Source: an uncultured archaeon (lineage in GTDB: Archaea > Asgardarchaeota > Heimdallarchaeia > Heimdallarchaeales > Heimdallarchaeaceae). Taken from it: a stretch of 37,622 nt of DNA. This document shows positions 1 to 9,147 of the stretch, piece by piece; positions within the stretch are counted from its first letter, which is position 1, and every line of letters starts with the position of its first letter. The stretch spans positions 1-37,622 of the forward strand of contig CAZHRF010000032.1 of assembly GCA_964534625.1 (NCBI GenBank), written 5' to 3'. The position numbers and the translations under genes are program-made. The notes below the pieces were generated by a model, which did no database searches, had not been told where the DNA came from, and saw only the letters and a program-made list of their open reading frames with translations.

Positions 1-82
1 ATACAATAAAAAGATTTAAAGATTATCAATTATATATTAACTTGGTCTTTGTCTGATGATTTATGTCTTGTAGGGGTATAAT

Positions 83-1069
83 ATGGTACATGACATAAAC
101 GAACGTACTTTAATGAGTTCTGATTTCCAAATATCCTTTGTAGGTTTAGATGGTGTTGGTAAAACAAAAATTATTCAGCGATTAATTAATGAGCCTATAA
201 CTGATGTTACTTTCTCGACTCACGGCGTCACACGTGAAATATTAGATTTAGAAGGAGTAAAACTAGCTCTTACAGACTTGGGTGGTAAGGAGGTATTCCG
301 TAATTCGTTATGGAAAACGTATATTTCTTATTCTGATGCATTAGTTTATGTCGTTGACGCAACCAAAAAAGAAACATTAGAAGAATCTAAAACATGGTTT
401 TCAAAAGCCATGAAATGGAAAAAAACTAATAGTCCAAGTCTTTTAATTTTAAACCCTTGGGATACACCTATTGATCAAACTACTATAAATGATTTAAAGG
501 ACTATTTTTGTTCTTCTATTTCTAATGAGCGAACCAGTTTTTTAGTTATGTCACCTTTAAGCAATGAAAATGTTGATATAGCTAAAGATTGGATGGCAAA
601 AACGATTATAGATACACTAATCTCCCAGAATATATCAGTAGAAATATTTATTGCATATATTAAAACCAAAGATGGAATTATCGAAGCAAAAATCTCTTCA
701 CCTAAAACAAAAGACAAGACCTATGATATAGTATCTCCAATAATTAGGTACAAATTCGCACCAAAGAGTGAGAAGTTACTTGAATATATGCGGATCTCTG
801 GACATCAAATAGTTATGGCAGCTAATGAGGAAATTTCTTGCTGGTTGATAACAACTAAAAATTCTTTACGAAAAGAATCAAGTCTTCTAATGAAATTAAT
901 GACAGAATTTGTGAAAGATATGCAAGGGTTAAAACCATCCAAAACGGCCCATCTTTCAGAAACTGACTTAAATAGATTTCTAATAAATAACATGATTGAT
1001 AATCAACTTTTTTGGTCACAAACATCTAATACCCCGATGTTTGAAATCACTTATATTCCTGAAGAATAA
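83..1069 (+). CDS. Arf/Sar-like small GTPase with C-terminal alpha/beta (longin/roadblock-like) domain
   Basis: G1 GLDGVGKT, G2 STHG, G3 DLGG, 'FRNSLWKTY' switch II, YVVDA strand; G4 degenerate (NPWD); ~150-aa C-terminal extension. Confidence 0.85.
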   Translation: MVHDINERTLMSSDFQISFVGLDGVGKTKIIQRLINEPITDVTFSTHGVTREILDLEGVKLALTDLGGKEVFRNSLWKTYISYSDALVYVVDATKKETLEESKTWFSKAMKWKKTNSPSLLILNPWDTPIDQTTINDLKDYFCSSISNERTSFLVMSPLSNENVDIAKDWMAKTIIDTLISQNISVEIFIAYIKTKDGIIEAKISSPKTKDKTYDIVSPIIRYKFAPKSEKLLEYMRISGHQIVMAANEEISCWLITTKNSLRKESSLLMKLMTEFVKDMQGLKPSKTAHLSETDLNRFLINNMIDNQLFWSQTSNTPMFEITYIPEE

Positions 1070-1124
1070 GATTAGAAATCAATATTGTTAAATAAAGGTG
1101 TTTTCTTCTTAACATGATTGAACA

Positions 1125-2624
1125 ATGGATGAAGGAGAACTCAAAGAAATACTCAAAGGAATTAGTGGCTTTAGAGATTATTTTCCCGAAGATTTTAGTA
1201 AGATTAATACTATTTTGAATGTTATGAAAAAAACTTCAGAAAGGTTTGGGTATGAAGAATATGAAGGACCTTCTTTGGAATTTGCAAAATTAATTGAAAT
1301 AAAGTCTGGACAAGAGATAATGGGTGAAACTTTTTTAGTATTGGGGAAAGATGAACGAGAACTTGTTCTTCGACCTGAACAGACGCCTACGTTAGCAAGA
1401 ATGATTGTCAATGAACATCAGCGATATCCTAAACCGATTCGCTGGTATAGTATACCTCGAATATTCCGAAATGAAACGCCTCAGAAAGGAAGAGTAAGGG
1501 AATTCTTTCAATTTAATGCAGACATTATAGGTGTTGATGATGAGGCGGCAGATGCAGAGATAATCGCCCTTACAACGAACATAATCAAAGATGCGGGTTT
1601 AAAAGATGATGAGTTCATTTGTGTTATTAACAGTCGAGAATTAATACAAGGATATATTGAACACTTAGCAATAGATACATCATTTTATGTTGATGTGATT
1701 AAAACAATAGATTCAAGAGAAAAACACCTTCAAGCGTATATTGAACAAGATCTAGCTAAAAAAGGTGTTCAGAAACCAAAAGCCAAAGATTATGCTATGC
1801 AGATTAGAACTATTTGGCATCAAGATCCTGATATGACTAATATTAATCATGAAGAATTAGCTGAAAATGTGCACCACTATTTAGAGAAAATTAATCAAGT
1901 TATGAGAAATGTAATGGTAGAATCCTTTGTTAAAATAGGATTAAACAAAGAACAATCAGAAAGATTGTATGAGTTTGCTTCCATAAGAGGAGATCCTACA
2001 ACTTTTATCCAAAAAATGAAAAATATCGATTTGGGAGTAAAAGCAGAGCAAGCATTACAAAAAATGGAGAAACTAGCTTTGTTTTTGAGATATTTTGATA
2101 TAGAAAAAAACTGTGAATATAATGCATCAATTGCACGAGGATTAGATTATTATACAGGTATAGTCTTCGAATTTATTGATCAAACTGGTTCTGTTGTACG
2201 AGCAATAGCTGGTGGTGGGAGATATGACCAATTGGTAAATACTTTTGGAGGAGGAAAAATACCTGCTACAGGTGTGGGAATGGGAGAAACAGTATTATTG
2301 GCAATTCTTGAAGATCTGGGGCGTATTACTTCCTCTACCTCTCCAGCTCACGTATATGTAGCGCCAATAAACAAAAAAGTGCATAAGGAAGCATCAAAAA
2401 TCGTACAAAATTTAAGAGACCACTTCAAAGTAATCTTTAATCCATATGATTGGAAATTAGGTAATCATTTAGAAGATGCATCAAGCAGGAATATTCCTTT
2501 TGTTATTATTGTGGGTACCAAAGATTTAGAAAAAGAGAGCTTAACAATTAGAGATATGGAAACAGGTGATCAATATCTTGTTCCAATAAATGAATTGTGT
2601 GATAAACTATTTTCTCTCCTTTAA
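1125..2624 (+). CDS. hisS: Histidyl-tRNA synthetase
   Basis: GFRDY, LRPEQT, FRNETPQKGRVREFFQ (motif 2), RGLDYYTG, GGGRYD, C-terminal anticodon-binding domain. Confidence 0.97.
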   Translation: MDEGELKEILKGISGFRDYFPEDFSKINTILNVMKKTSERFGYEEYEGPSLEFAKLIEIKSGQEIMGETFLVLGKDERELVLRPEQTPTLARMIVNEHQRYPKPIRWYSIPRIFRNETPQKGRVREFFQFNADIIGVDDEAADAEIIALTTNIIKDAGLKDDEFICVINSRELIQGYIEHLAIDTSFYVDVIKTIDSREKHLQAYIEQDLAKKGVQKPKAKDYAMQIRTIWHQDPDMTNINHEELAENVHHYLEKINQVMRNVMVESFVKIGLNKEQSERLYEFASIRGDPTTFIQKMKNIDLGVKAEQALQKMEKLALFLRYFDIEKNCEYNASIARGLDYYTGIVFEFIDQTGSVVRAIAGGGRYDQLVNTFGGGKIPATGVGMGETVLLAILEDLGRITSSTSPAHVYVAPINKKVHKEASKIVQNLRDHFKVIFNPYDWKLGNHLEDASSRNIPFVIIVGTKDLEKESLTIRDMETGDQYLVPINELCDKLFSLL

Positions 2625-2695
2625 TTTCCTTTTTTGAATATTGCATTTTTCCCGTAATCAAAACAGATTTAATACAGCTAGGCTATGTCTCGACA

Positions 2696-4300
2696 ATGAG
2701 TTCGCTCCTAAATTACTTGCGATCGATAGATACTGATACTTTTGTCTCAAAAATACAGAAAAAAGAATATTTAACTCAATTGATTGATAAATTTGATCTT
2801 GACAATACAAAAACCATAGACGGATTTGCAGAGTTTATGCTTATTGAGACAAGAAAAACAATCAATGCAGGAAATAGGACAGATGGAACAAAAATCCTAA
2901 AATATGTGAAAGCACTATTTCCGTTCATTTCGGAAGAAATGCATGTTTCATTTTATTTGGCTTTAGCAGATTCTTTTCTTGTAGCAAATGATTATACAGG
3001 TGCGTTTAAAGCTGCATCAAAGGCCAAGATTATTGCTAATAATGCACAAAATCCCAAACTAGAGATTAAAGCCTTAAATCTATTATTTATTATTCAGAGG
3101 ACATTAGGGAAGGATAAAGCAATTAATTATCTCCTTAAATCTAAAAAACTCTCAATTGAAGTTGAAGACCACGAAAATATTGTTTTCTGCGATGTGAACA
3201 TCGGTTTAATCCATCTCTTTAATAAGAACAATAAAAAGGCTGCAGAATATGTTAAACGGGTAATAAACCATCTGACTGTTTATCCTTATCCTGAAGAGAA
3301 AATTAACATGCCTGCTGATTTCTATATCCAAGTATTTACTGAAAATCCTGGATATATTACCGCTCCAATATATAAAGAGACAGTAAGAAATGGTGTAGAA
3401 GTGGTTTTACGTGCAGTAAAACATATTGAAAATATACAACAAGCTTCAAGAAGAATATCATTACTCATTTCAACATTAAAATTATCAGATGAAATTCTAA
3501 CCCGAACATTGAAAATTATAGAAAGAGGATTGGAAGAAATATCCAAAGAAAAACGTTCGAGTTATTACATGGCTATTGCTAGTGGATTGGGTGATTATAA
3601 AGACTATAAGCTTGCATTAGTCTTTCTCGAAAAAGCTATTAATCACTTAGAGCATGTTAAAGATGAAGAAACACATAGGAAAGTAAGAAAAAATTATGGA
3701 TATACCATATCAAGAGTTCTTAATGCTACAATGGCATATGATTTACAGTCAAGCTCAAATCTAATCAATCAATCACGAACCATTTCAATAGAAACGGAAG
3801 AAAATAGTTTAATAGGAAAAAGAGCAACAAAAATATCTTTTAGGAACTCTCCCTACGATTCAGATTCAGTCTATGGTATTAGTAGGTCTCACATTGTGAA
3901 TCAAATAATACCCAGCATTAAAGAAGTATATGAATGGAAACCAATTATAAATAAACTTAGAATTTCACATAGCAAAAAAGATCCCATTAGTGAGGTAGAA
4001 CTTATTGTCATAAATGCAAAAGGACAGGACGATGATATCCGCTCTTTACTTTTGATAGGTACGGTTTTGGATGAAAAAGGATTGAGAAAAAAAAGAAGGG
4101 TATTTACTGGATTTCAGATTGTAGGACACATTGTACCAAATCAAATATTGCAAGAAAATCATTTTGAAGAATATGATATTAAATTCATTTATGATTTAAT
4201 TTATGCTCCACAAAAATTCAAAGAAATAGAACTATTAACTAATAGTAAAAACTTGGATCTCAACTTTGAATCTATTGGTAATGAGATAAAAAAAGGTTAA
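2696..4300 (+). CDS. Hypothetical protein with N-terminal TPR-like helical repeats
   Basis: 534-aa ORF; TPR-like patterns (YLALADSFLVANDYTGA, NIGLIHLFNKNNKKAAEY, ALVFLEKAINH). Confidence 0.6.
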   Translation: MSSLLNYLRSIDTDTFVSKIQKKEYLTQLIDKFDLDNTKTIDGFAEFMLIETRKTINAGNRTDGTKILKYVKALFPFISEEMHVSFYLALADSFLVANDYTGAFKAASKAKIIANNAQNPKLEIKALNLLFIIQRTLGKDKAINYLLKSKKLSIEVEDHENIVFCDVNIGLIHLFNKNNKKAAEYVKRVINHLTVYPYPEEKINMPADFYIQVFTENPGYITAPIYKETVRNGVEVVLRAVKHIENIQQASRRISLLISTLKLSDEILTRTLKIIERGLEEISKEKRSSYYMAIASGLGDYKDYKLALVFLEKAINHLEHVKDEETHRKVRKNYGYTISRVLNATMAYDLQSSSNLINQSRTISIETEENSLIGKRATKISFRNSPYDSDSVYGISRSHIVNQIIPSIKEVYEWKPIINKLRISHSKKDPISEVELIVINAKGQDDDIRSLLLIGTVLDEKGLRKKRRVFTGFQIVGHIVPNQILQENHFEEYDIKFIYDLIYAPQKFKEIELLTNSKNLDLNFESIGNEIKKG

Positions 4301-4340
4301 AATGGTAGGAAATATACTGCAATTATAAAATTAAAGAAGT

Positions 4341-5159
4341 TTATTTCCTAAAATATTTAAGCAAGACTTCCATTTGTCTCCGCTTTTTTTCATCATATTC
4401 TTTTTGTTTCATAAATTGTATGCCTTTTTTATAAAATTCTTCTGCTCTCTTCTTTTCTCCTAAATAGAGATGAGACAAGACTAATTGAATGAGTGCTTGA
4501 AAAATTTGTTCATCTTTTTCAAACTTTTCAAAATAGGACAAAGATCTCTGAATATTCATGTTTGCTTCTTCATATAATCCTTGTGATAGCTGGAATTCAC
4601 CTAAATTATATTGTGCTTCAGCTGTTTTTTCTAAGTTTTTGGTTCTTGAAAAGCATTTTATGGCATTATTATAAGCGTTTTCTACTTGTTTATTTGTAAC
4701 AAATGAAGAGTGTAAATTGGCATAATAGGTATGACCCATTTCAAGATATGCGTCACCTAAAAAAATATCTTCTTTGGTTTCTTTTAGAATGCTGATGGCT
4801 TTTTCTAAATACTCAATACTTGCAGAAAAATTACCTTGACTTCTGTACAGTTTACCTAATAATATAGCTGAATAACCAGCTTTAATTGGATTAAAATTTT
4901 CTTTAAATAAATAAAAGGCTTCTAAGTAACTTTTTGATGCCTTGATAGCAGAGTTCAATTTAACATACACATTACCTAAAAGAAGAGCACATTCCGCAGT
5001 ATTTTCTTTATCCCCCAGTTTACTATATAATTCTTCAGCATAAAACAATGAGGAACTAGCTGATTCAAAGTCTTCAGCTTCAATTTCATTTTTTCCTTTG
5101 TCCAGAAATCGGAGAGCACTTTCTTCATGTTCTAACATGTCAAGGAAAGTAAGTTTCAA
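4341..5159 (-). CDS. Tetratricopeptide repeat protein (SNAP/MalT-type TPR solenoid)
   Basis: Repeated LG.xY...G....A..Y...A units; true start may be the ATG of MLEHEE a few codons downstream. Confidence 0.85.
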   Translation of the reverse strand: MKLTFLDMLEHEESALRFLDKGKNEIEAEDFESASSSLFYAEELYSKLGDKENTAECALLLGNVYVKLNSAIKASKSYLEAFYLFKENFNPIKAGYSAILLGKLYRSQGNFSASIEYLEKAISILKETKEDIFLGDAYLEMGHTYYANLHSSFVTNKQVENAYNNAIKCFSRTKNLEKTAEAQYNLGEFQLSQGLYEEANMNIQRSLSYFEKFEKDEQIFQALIQLVLSHLYLGEKKRAEEFYKKGIQFMKQKEYDEKKRRQMEVLLKYFRK

Positions 5160-5277
5160 GGTAATATTAATGTTACTTTTGTATTTAGAATTAAATGAAA
5201 TTAACCTATATCTTTACTAAAGAAGATTGTAGACATAATGTTGATCTAAATATTGACTATTTTACCTATACCTAGCC

Positions 5278-5311
5278 AGAAAGCCCATTCGTTTAGGGTG
5301 GGGTAGTTCAT
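5278..5311 (+). mobile_element. Solo IS200/IS605-family right end (TnpB omegaRNA 3' hairpin remnant)
   Basis: AGAAAGCCCATTCGTTTAGGGTGGGGTAGTTCAT: hairpin CCCATTC/GGGTGGG followed by GTAGTTCA, resembling IS605-group right ends; no tnpA/tnpB nearby. Confidence 0.6.
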
Positions 5312-5376
5312 GGATAAGACAAATGGAATTATATACAACAGAAAAAGATTTATTTTTATTCGATTGAATAAGATAA

Positions 5377-5445
5377 TGTAATAGATGATGACGGTTTTAC
5401 CGTATGAGCTAACGCTATGATTAGTATTGGCACACTGATATTACA
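5377..5445 (+). ncRNA. C/D-box 2'-O-methylation guide sRNA (16S helix 18 guides)
   Basis: 7-bp terminal stem TGTAATA/TATTACA; box C ATGATGA 5385-5391; D' ATGA 5404-5407; C' ATGATTA 5417-5423; D CTGA 5435-5438; guides of 11-12 nt. Confidence 0.85.
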
Positions 5446-5506
5446 CAAAAGAAAGTAGAAATATCGAACTGATTACTTTTAAACAACAGTTCAGTTCTTT
5501 ATTTTC

Positions 5507-6865
5507 TTATATTTTTAACCCCACTTTTTTATTTCTCCGTTTCCAATACCACCTATAGAGTATGCAAGGTTTATTACCAATTGGGCTATCTTCAACTGCT
5601 TTTATCCATTCTTTAGTTTTTTTTCTGATTAATTCAAATGCCTCTTTTGTTAATTTATCGTTTTCTTCTTCGTCTTCCCTTTTTTGATCTTTGGCCAATA
5701 TATTTTCTACTCTTTCAGAAAAAGTTTTTTCCATCTGCTCTTTTTCGTTTGAATAAATTGCTAATCTCTTTTTATAGTCTTTTAAAACTAATCTATGTAG
5801 TTTTTCGTGCAACCACCATAATGTTTCTGGATTATAGTTCTGCTCTGCTTTCTCTCCTGTATTGAGTTTTTGAATACCGGGTAAAATAATAGGTAGATAG
5901 ACCCCTGTACAAGGAGCTGAAGTACCGGTTATCCAGTGTACAGCTAACTTGTCTTCTTTCAAATGTGAAACCATTGATGAAACTGATTGGCTAGGTGTTA
6001 AAAATGAGGCCGCATGCATACACACATTCTTCATAGAACCCTTTGAAGGTGTCCAAACACGCTCTTTTTCTTTTTTTAATCTATGCATGCGTAAAACCTT
6101 TTTAATCGTTTCAGGAGTAATGGATCCCTTTTTTTGGTTGAGTGCAGTTTCTGTAAATGCTTTCCTTTTTTTGCCTTTAGCTCCTATTTGATTAATGCTG
6201 AATTTGGCAATAAAACAATTAGCAAAATGAAAGTCTTCTTCTGAATTACAATACCCCTCTTCAATAGCATGCTGAATCAGTTCTGGATGAATGCGATTAT
6301 AATTTTTACCAATTGTCAATGTATTGGAAATAGTTCTAATGTCCTTAACTTTTTCTGTGATCCAGTATTTACCAGCTGTTTCAAGAACCCACGCCGTACT
6401 TGTATCTGCAATTATAAACGAATTGTGGTAGTTCATTTTGCGATTGTAAAAACCGCATATACCACCCTGTCCATGCGTATCCAATAATCTAATTATAATA
6501 TCAAGTGCTTCATCAGCTGTTTTGGATCTCTCTAAAGCCAATCTAAGCATGTCCATACCTAATAGTCCTTCTTTCTTTAATGGCTCTTTAGTGAAAACAG
6601 CTTCATTACCAATAGTAACACCAAATTCATTAGAGCCCATCTCTGCCCCAAACATCCAAAAAGGCTGACTAAGTAAAACTTCATATGTTTCTTCCACTTG
6701 TGGAACAGATATGTATGTACATTTTACTTTAGTTCCTTTTTGATGTTTTTTTCGTGGAACATGTACAATATTTTGAGCTTCATTAGGTTCTCTATCACTA
6801 TTCTTTCCAAATAGGACACTATTATCTTTTGTTGCTTTCCCTAAAACTACTATTGTATCACACAT
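5507..6865 (-). CDS. Peptidase C69 family dipeptidase / secernin-like Ntn hydrolase
   Basis: N-terminal nucleophile MCDT, FGKNSDREPNEAQ, WMFGAEMGSNEFGVTIGNEAV, LGMDMLRLALER. Confidence 0.92.
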   Translation of the reverse strand: MCDTIVVLGKATKDNSVLFGKNSDREPNEAQNIVHVPRKKHQKGTKVKCTYISVPQVEETYEVLLSQPFWMFGAEMGSNEFGVTIGNEAVFTKEPLKKEGLLGMDMLRLALERSKTADEALDIIIRLLDTHGQGGICGFYNRKMNYHNSFIIADTSTAWVLETAGKYWITEKVKDIRTISNTLTIGKNYNRIHPELIQHAIEEGYCNSEEDFHFANCFIAKFSINQIGAKGKKRKAFTETALNQKKGSITPETIKKVLRMHRLKKEKERVWTPSKGSMKNVCMHAASFLTPSQSVSSMVSHLKEDKLAVHWITGTSAPCTGVYLPIILPGIQKLNTGEKAEQNYNPETLWWLHEKLHRLVLKDYKKRLAIYSNEKEQMEKTFSERVENILAKDQKREDEEENDKLTKEAFELIRKKTKEWIKAVEDSPIGNKPCILYRWYWKRRNKKVGLKI

Positions 6866-7025
6866 AATTTAATAATAGATTTGCATTACAAAAACGATTC
6901 GGCTAGTTCATTTAATTAGACACATTTTTTTCTAAGTTTTGAAGATCTTGTTGAATATATTGGTAAAGTGGGACTAGTCAAAGTTGTTGAGTATAGTTTA
7001 TAAAACGGATAAATATAACTTTCTT

Positions 7026-8225
7026 ATGAATACAAAAAAGGCAAAGAAAGATTTGGGATTTGATACGCTCTCAGTACATGCTGGTCATGATGTACTTGAA
7101 ACGGGAACGATTTCACCGCCTATTTACCAAAGTGTGGCCTATCCCTATCGTACTGCGGATTATGCTGCCCAACTTTTTAGATATGAGGTTGATGGCTTTA
7201 TGTATGGGAGAATGGATAATCCCACAAATAGAATGTTTGAAGAACGACTAGCTGCTTTAGAATTAACAGAGAAGGCACTTGGAACTGCTTCTGGAATGGC
7301 TGCTGAATTTATTGCTTGTTTGGGATTATTAGAAGGTAAAGGGGATAACTTTGTTAGTGCAAGTTTTATTTATGGGGGTACAAATCAACTCTTTTCCAAA
7401 ACTCTCCCTAAAATGGGTTTCGAAAGTCGTTTTGTTTATAACCCTTCGAGTATTGACAATTGGTCAGAACAAATTGATGATAGGACAAAATTTCTCTATT
7501 TAGAAACCCCATCAAATCCTAATCTGTTTATTGGTGATATTGAAGTTTTAGCCAAACTAGCACATGAAAATGACATTCCATTGGTTGTTGATAATACAGT
7601 AGCTTCCCCCGCATTGCAACAACCAACAAAACTTGGGGCGGATATTATTGTTCACTCTGCTACCAAATACCTGTCAGGTAATTCAACTTGTATATCGGGA
7701 GTGATAGCTGGATCTAAAGAATTCATTGATGATATTAGTGCCGGTGATTACAGAAATATTGGACCCTCTCTAAGTCCGTTCAACAGTTGGTTATTATTAC
7801 TAGGAATGGAAACTTTGTCACTAAGAATGAAAAAACATTCTGTAAATGCCCTGGCCATAGCTGAATTTCTGCTGGATCATCCTAAAGTTTTATCTGTCAA
7901 TTATCCTGGATTGGCTGATCATCCTCAGCATAAATTAGCAAAAAAACAAATGAGTGGATATAGCGCCTTACTTTCTTTTGTAACGAAAGGGGAATTAAAT
8001 GATGCAAAAAAAGTTATTGATGCTTTTAACATAATTATTCATACGGGACATCTAGGTACAACAAAGACATTAGCCACACATCCTGCATTTACCACCCACC
8101 AACAAATGACTCAGGAAGAAAGAGAAGCAATTGGTATTCCTGATACAATGATCCGCATGTCTATTGGTATTGAAGATGTTGATGACTTGATGGATGATTT
8201 AGATAGTGCATTAGCACATATCTAA
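7026..8225 (+). CDS. Cys/Met metabolism PLP-dependent enzyme (O-acyl-homoserine sulfhydrylase / methionine gamma-lyase family)
   Basis: YGRMDNPT, SGMAA, ETPSNP, VDNT, PLP-lysine motif HSATKY, RMSIGIED; ATG 7026 preferred over TTG 6984. Confidence 0.93.
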   Translation: MNTKKAKKDLGFDTLSVHAGHDVLETGTISPPIYQSVAYPYRTADYAAQLFRYEVDGFMYGRMDNPTNRMFEERLAALELTEKALGTASGMAAEFIACLGLLEGKGDNFVSASFIYGGTNQLFSKTLPKMGFESRFVYNPSSIDNWSEQIDDRTKFLYLETPSNPNLFIGDIEVLAKLAHENDIPLVVDNTVASPALQQPTKLGADIIVHSATKYLSGNSTCISGVIAGSKEFIDDISAGDYRNIGPSLSPFNSWLLLLGMETLSLRMKKHSVNALAIAEFLLDHPKVLSVNYPGLADHPQHKLAKKQMSGYSALLSFVTKGELNDAKKVIDAFNIIIHTGHLGTTKTLATHPAFTTHQQMTQEEREAIGIPDTMIRMSIGIEDVDDLMDDLDSALAHI

Positions 8226-8279
8226 CTTTGTTGTTATCAAAGAATAAATATTTATTAATTATTAAACTAATAATTTAGT

Positions 8280-8747
8280 ATGCTCGAAAATGAGAATAAA
8301 TTAACGGTTAGTGGTAAAGAATTTTTGAATGACATGCTTATTCCTATCAAATTGGCTGTTGTAAAAAAAACTGGTTATCCCGTAGTTCTTTCGCTTTGGT
8401 ATATGTATAAAGATAATAAACTTTACTGCGCAACACGTAAAGGTGCCCGAGTAGTCAAATATATTCGGCAAAATAACAAATGCGCATTTGAAATCGCAAG
8501 TGAAAGACCGCCTTATAAGGGATTACGTGGAGAGGGGAGATTATATGTTGATAAAGAGAAAGGGCCATTTATATTAAGACAATTAATTCAAAAATATCTG
8601 AAAGATAAAGAGAGCAAATTGAAATCTTTTTTGATGAAAAACATTGCAAAAGAAGTAGCAATAGAAATAGACGTTGAAAAATGGTATGGCTTTGATTATT
8701 CATCTAGAATGGATGACGAACCATTGAAAGACCCACAATCCTCCTAA
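8280..8747 (+). CDS. Pyridoxamine 5'-phosphate oxidase-like (FMN/F420 split barrel) protein
   Basis: LAVVKKTGYPVVLSLWY...LYCAT...VKYIRQNNKCAFEI pattern. Confidence 0.8.
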   Translation: MLENENKLTVSGKEFLNDMLIPIKLAVVKKTGYPVVLSLWYMYKDNKLYCATRKGARVVKYIRQNNKCAFEIASERPPYKGLRGEGRLYVDKEKGPFILRQLIQKYLKDKESKLKSFLMKNIAKEVAIEIDVEKWYGFDYSSRMDDEPLKDPQSS

Positions 8748-8880
8748 TCTAATCTTATCTAAGATATAGCAATTAAACTAAATTTCAATCTTGTTGATGG
8801 AGCTCTTTTCAACGAGAGAAATGTGATAAGGTAATATAAAAGGTAGTCAAAGAACATTAACAAAGAATACAAACAAAAAG

Positions 8881-9067
8881 AAAAATAACAAACGAATTTT
8901 AAAAAAAAATGGTCAAAAAAGAACTATATTAAAATGGGGAAGCAGTAAAATTGAAAAATATGTAGAAAAGAAAAAAGAGGGAAGTTTAGAAATTAAAAGC
9001 ATTGATTTCATCTAAAGTGTTATAGGTATTTTTAACAGCTTGACGAAATTGTTGTTCGGTCTTAGCA
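8881..9067. repeat. Left copy of 187-bp direct repeat; contains a degenerate tbp 3' end (8986-9067, minus strand)
   Basis: Aligns without gaps to 12798-12984 (offset 3917) with 7 mismatches. Confidence 0.97.
8986..9067 (-). pseudogene. Displaced 3' fragment of tbp
   Basis: Reads AKTEQQFRQAVKNTYNTLDEINAFNF* versus TBP AKTEQQVRQAVENTYNTLDEINAFDF*; in-frame stop just upstream (9079-9081), no start codon. Confidence 0.9.
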
Positions 9068-9147
9068 ACAGATGTAATTTAACTTTTTATAATCAAAATA
9101 TTATATGTTTTTAGGTAAAAAGTAATAATAATGTTAAGAAGGTTAAA

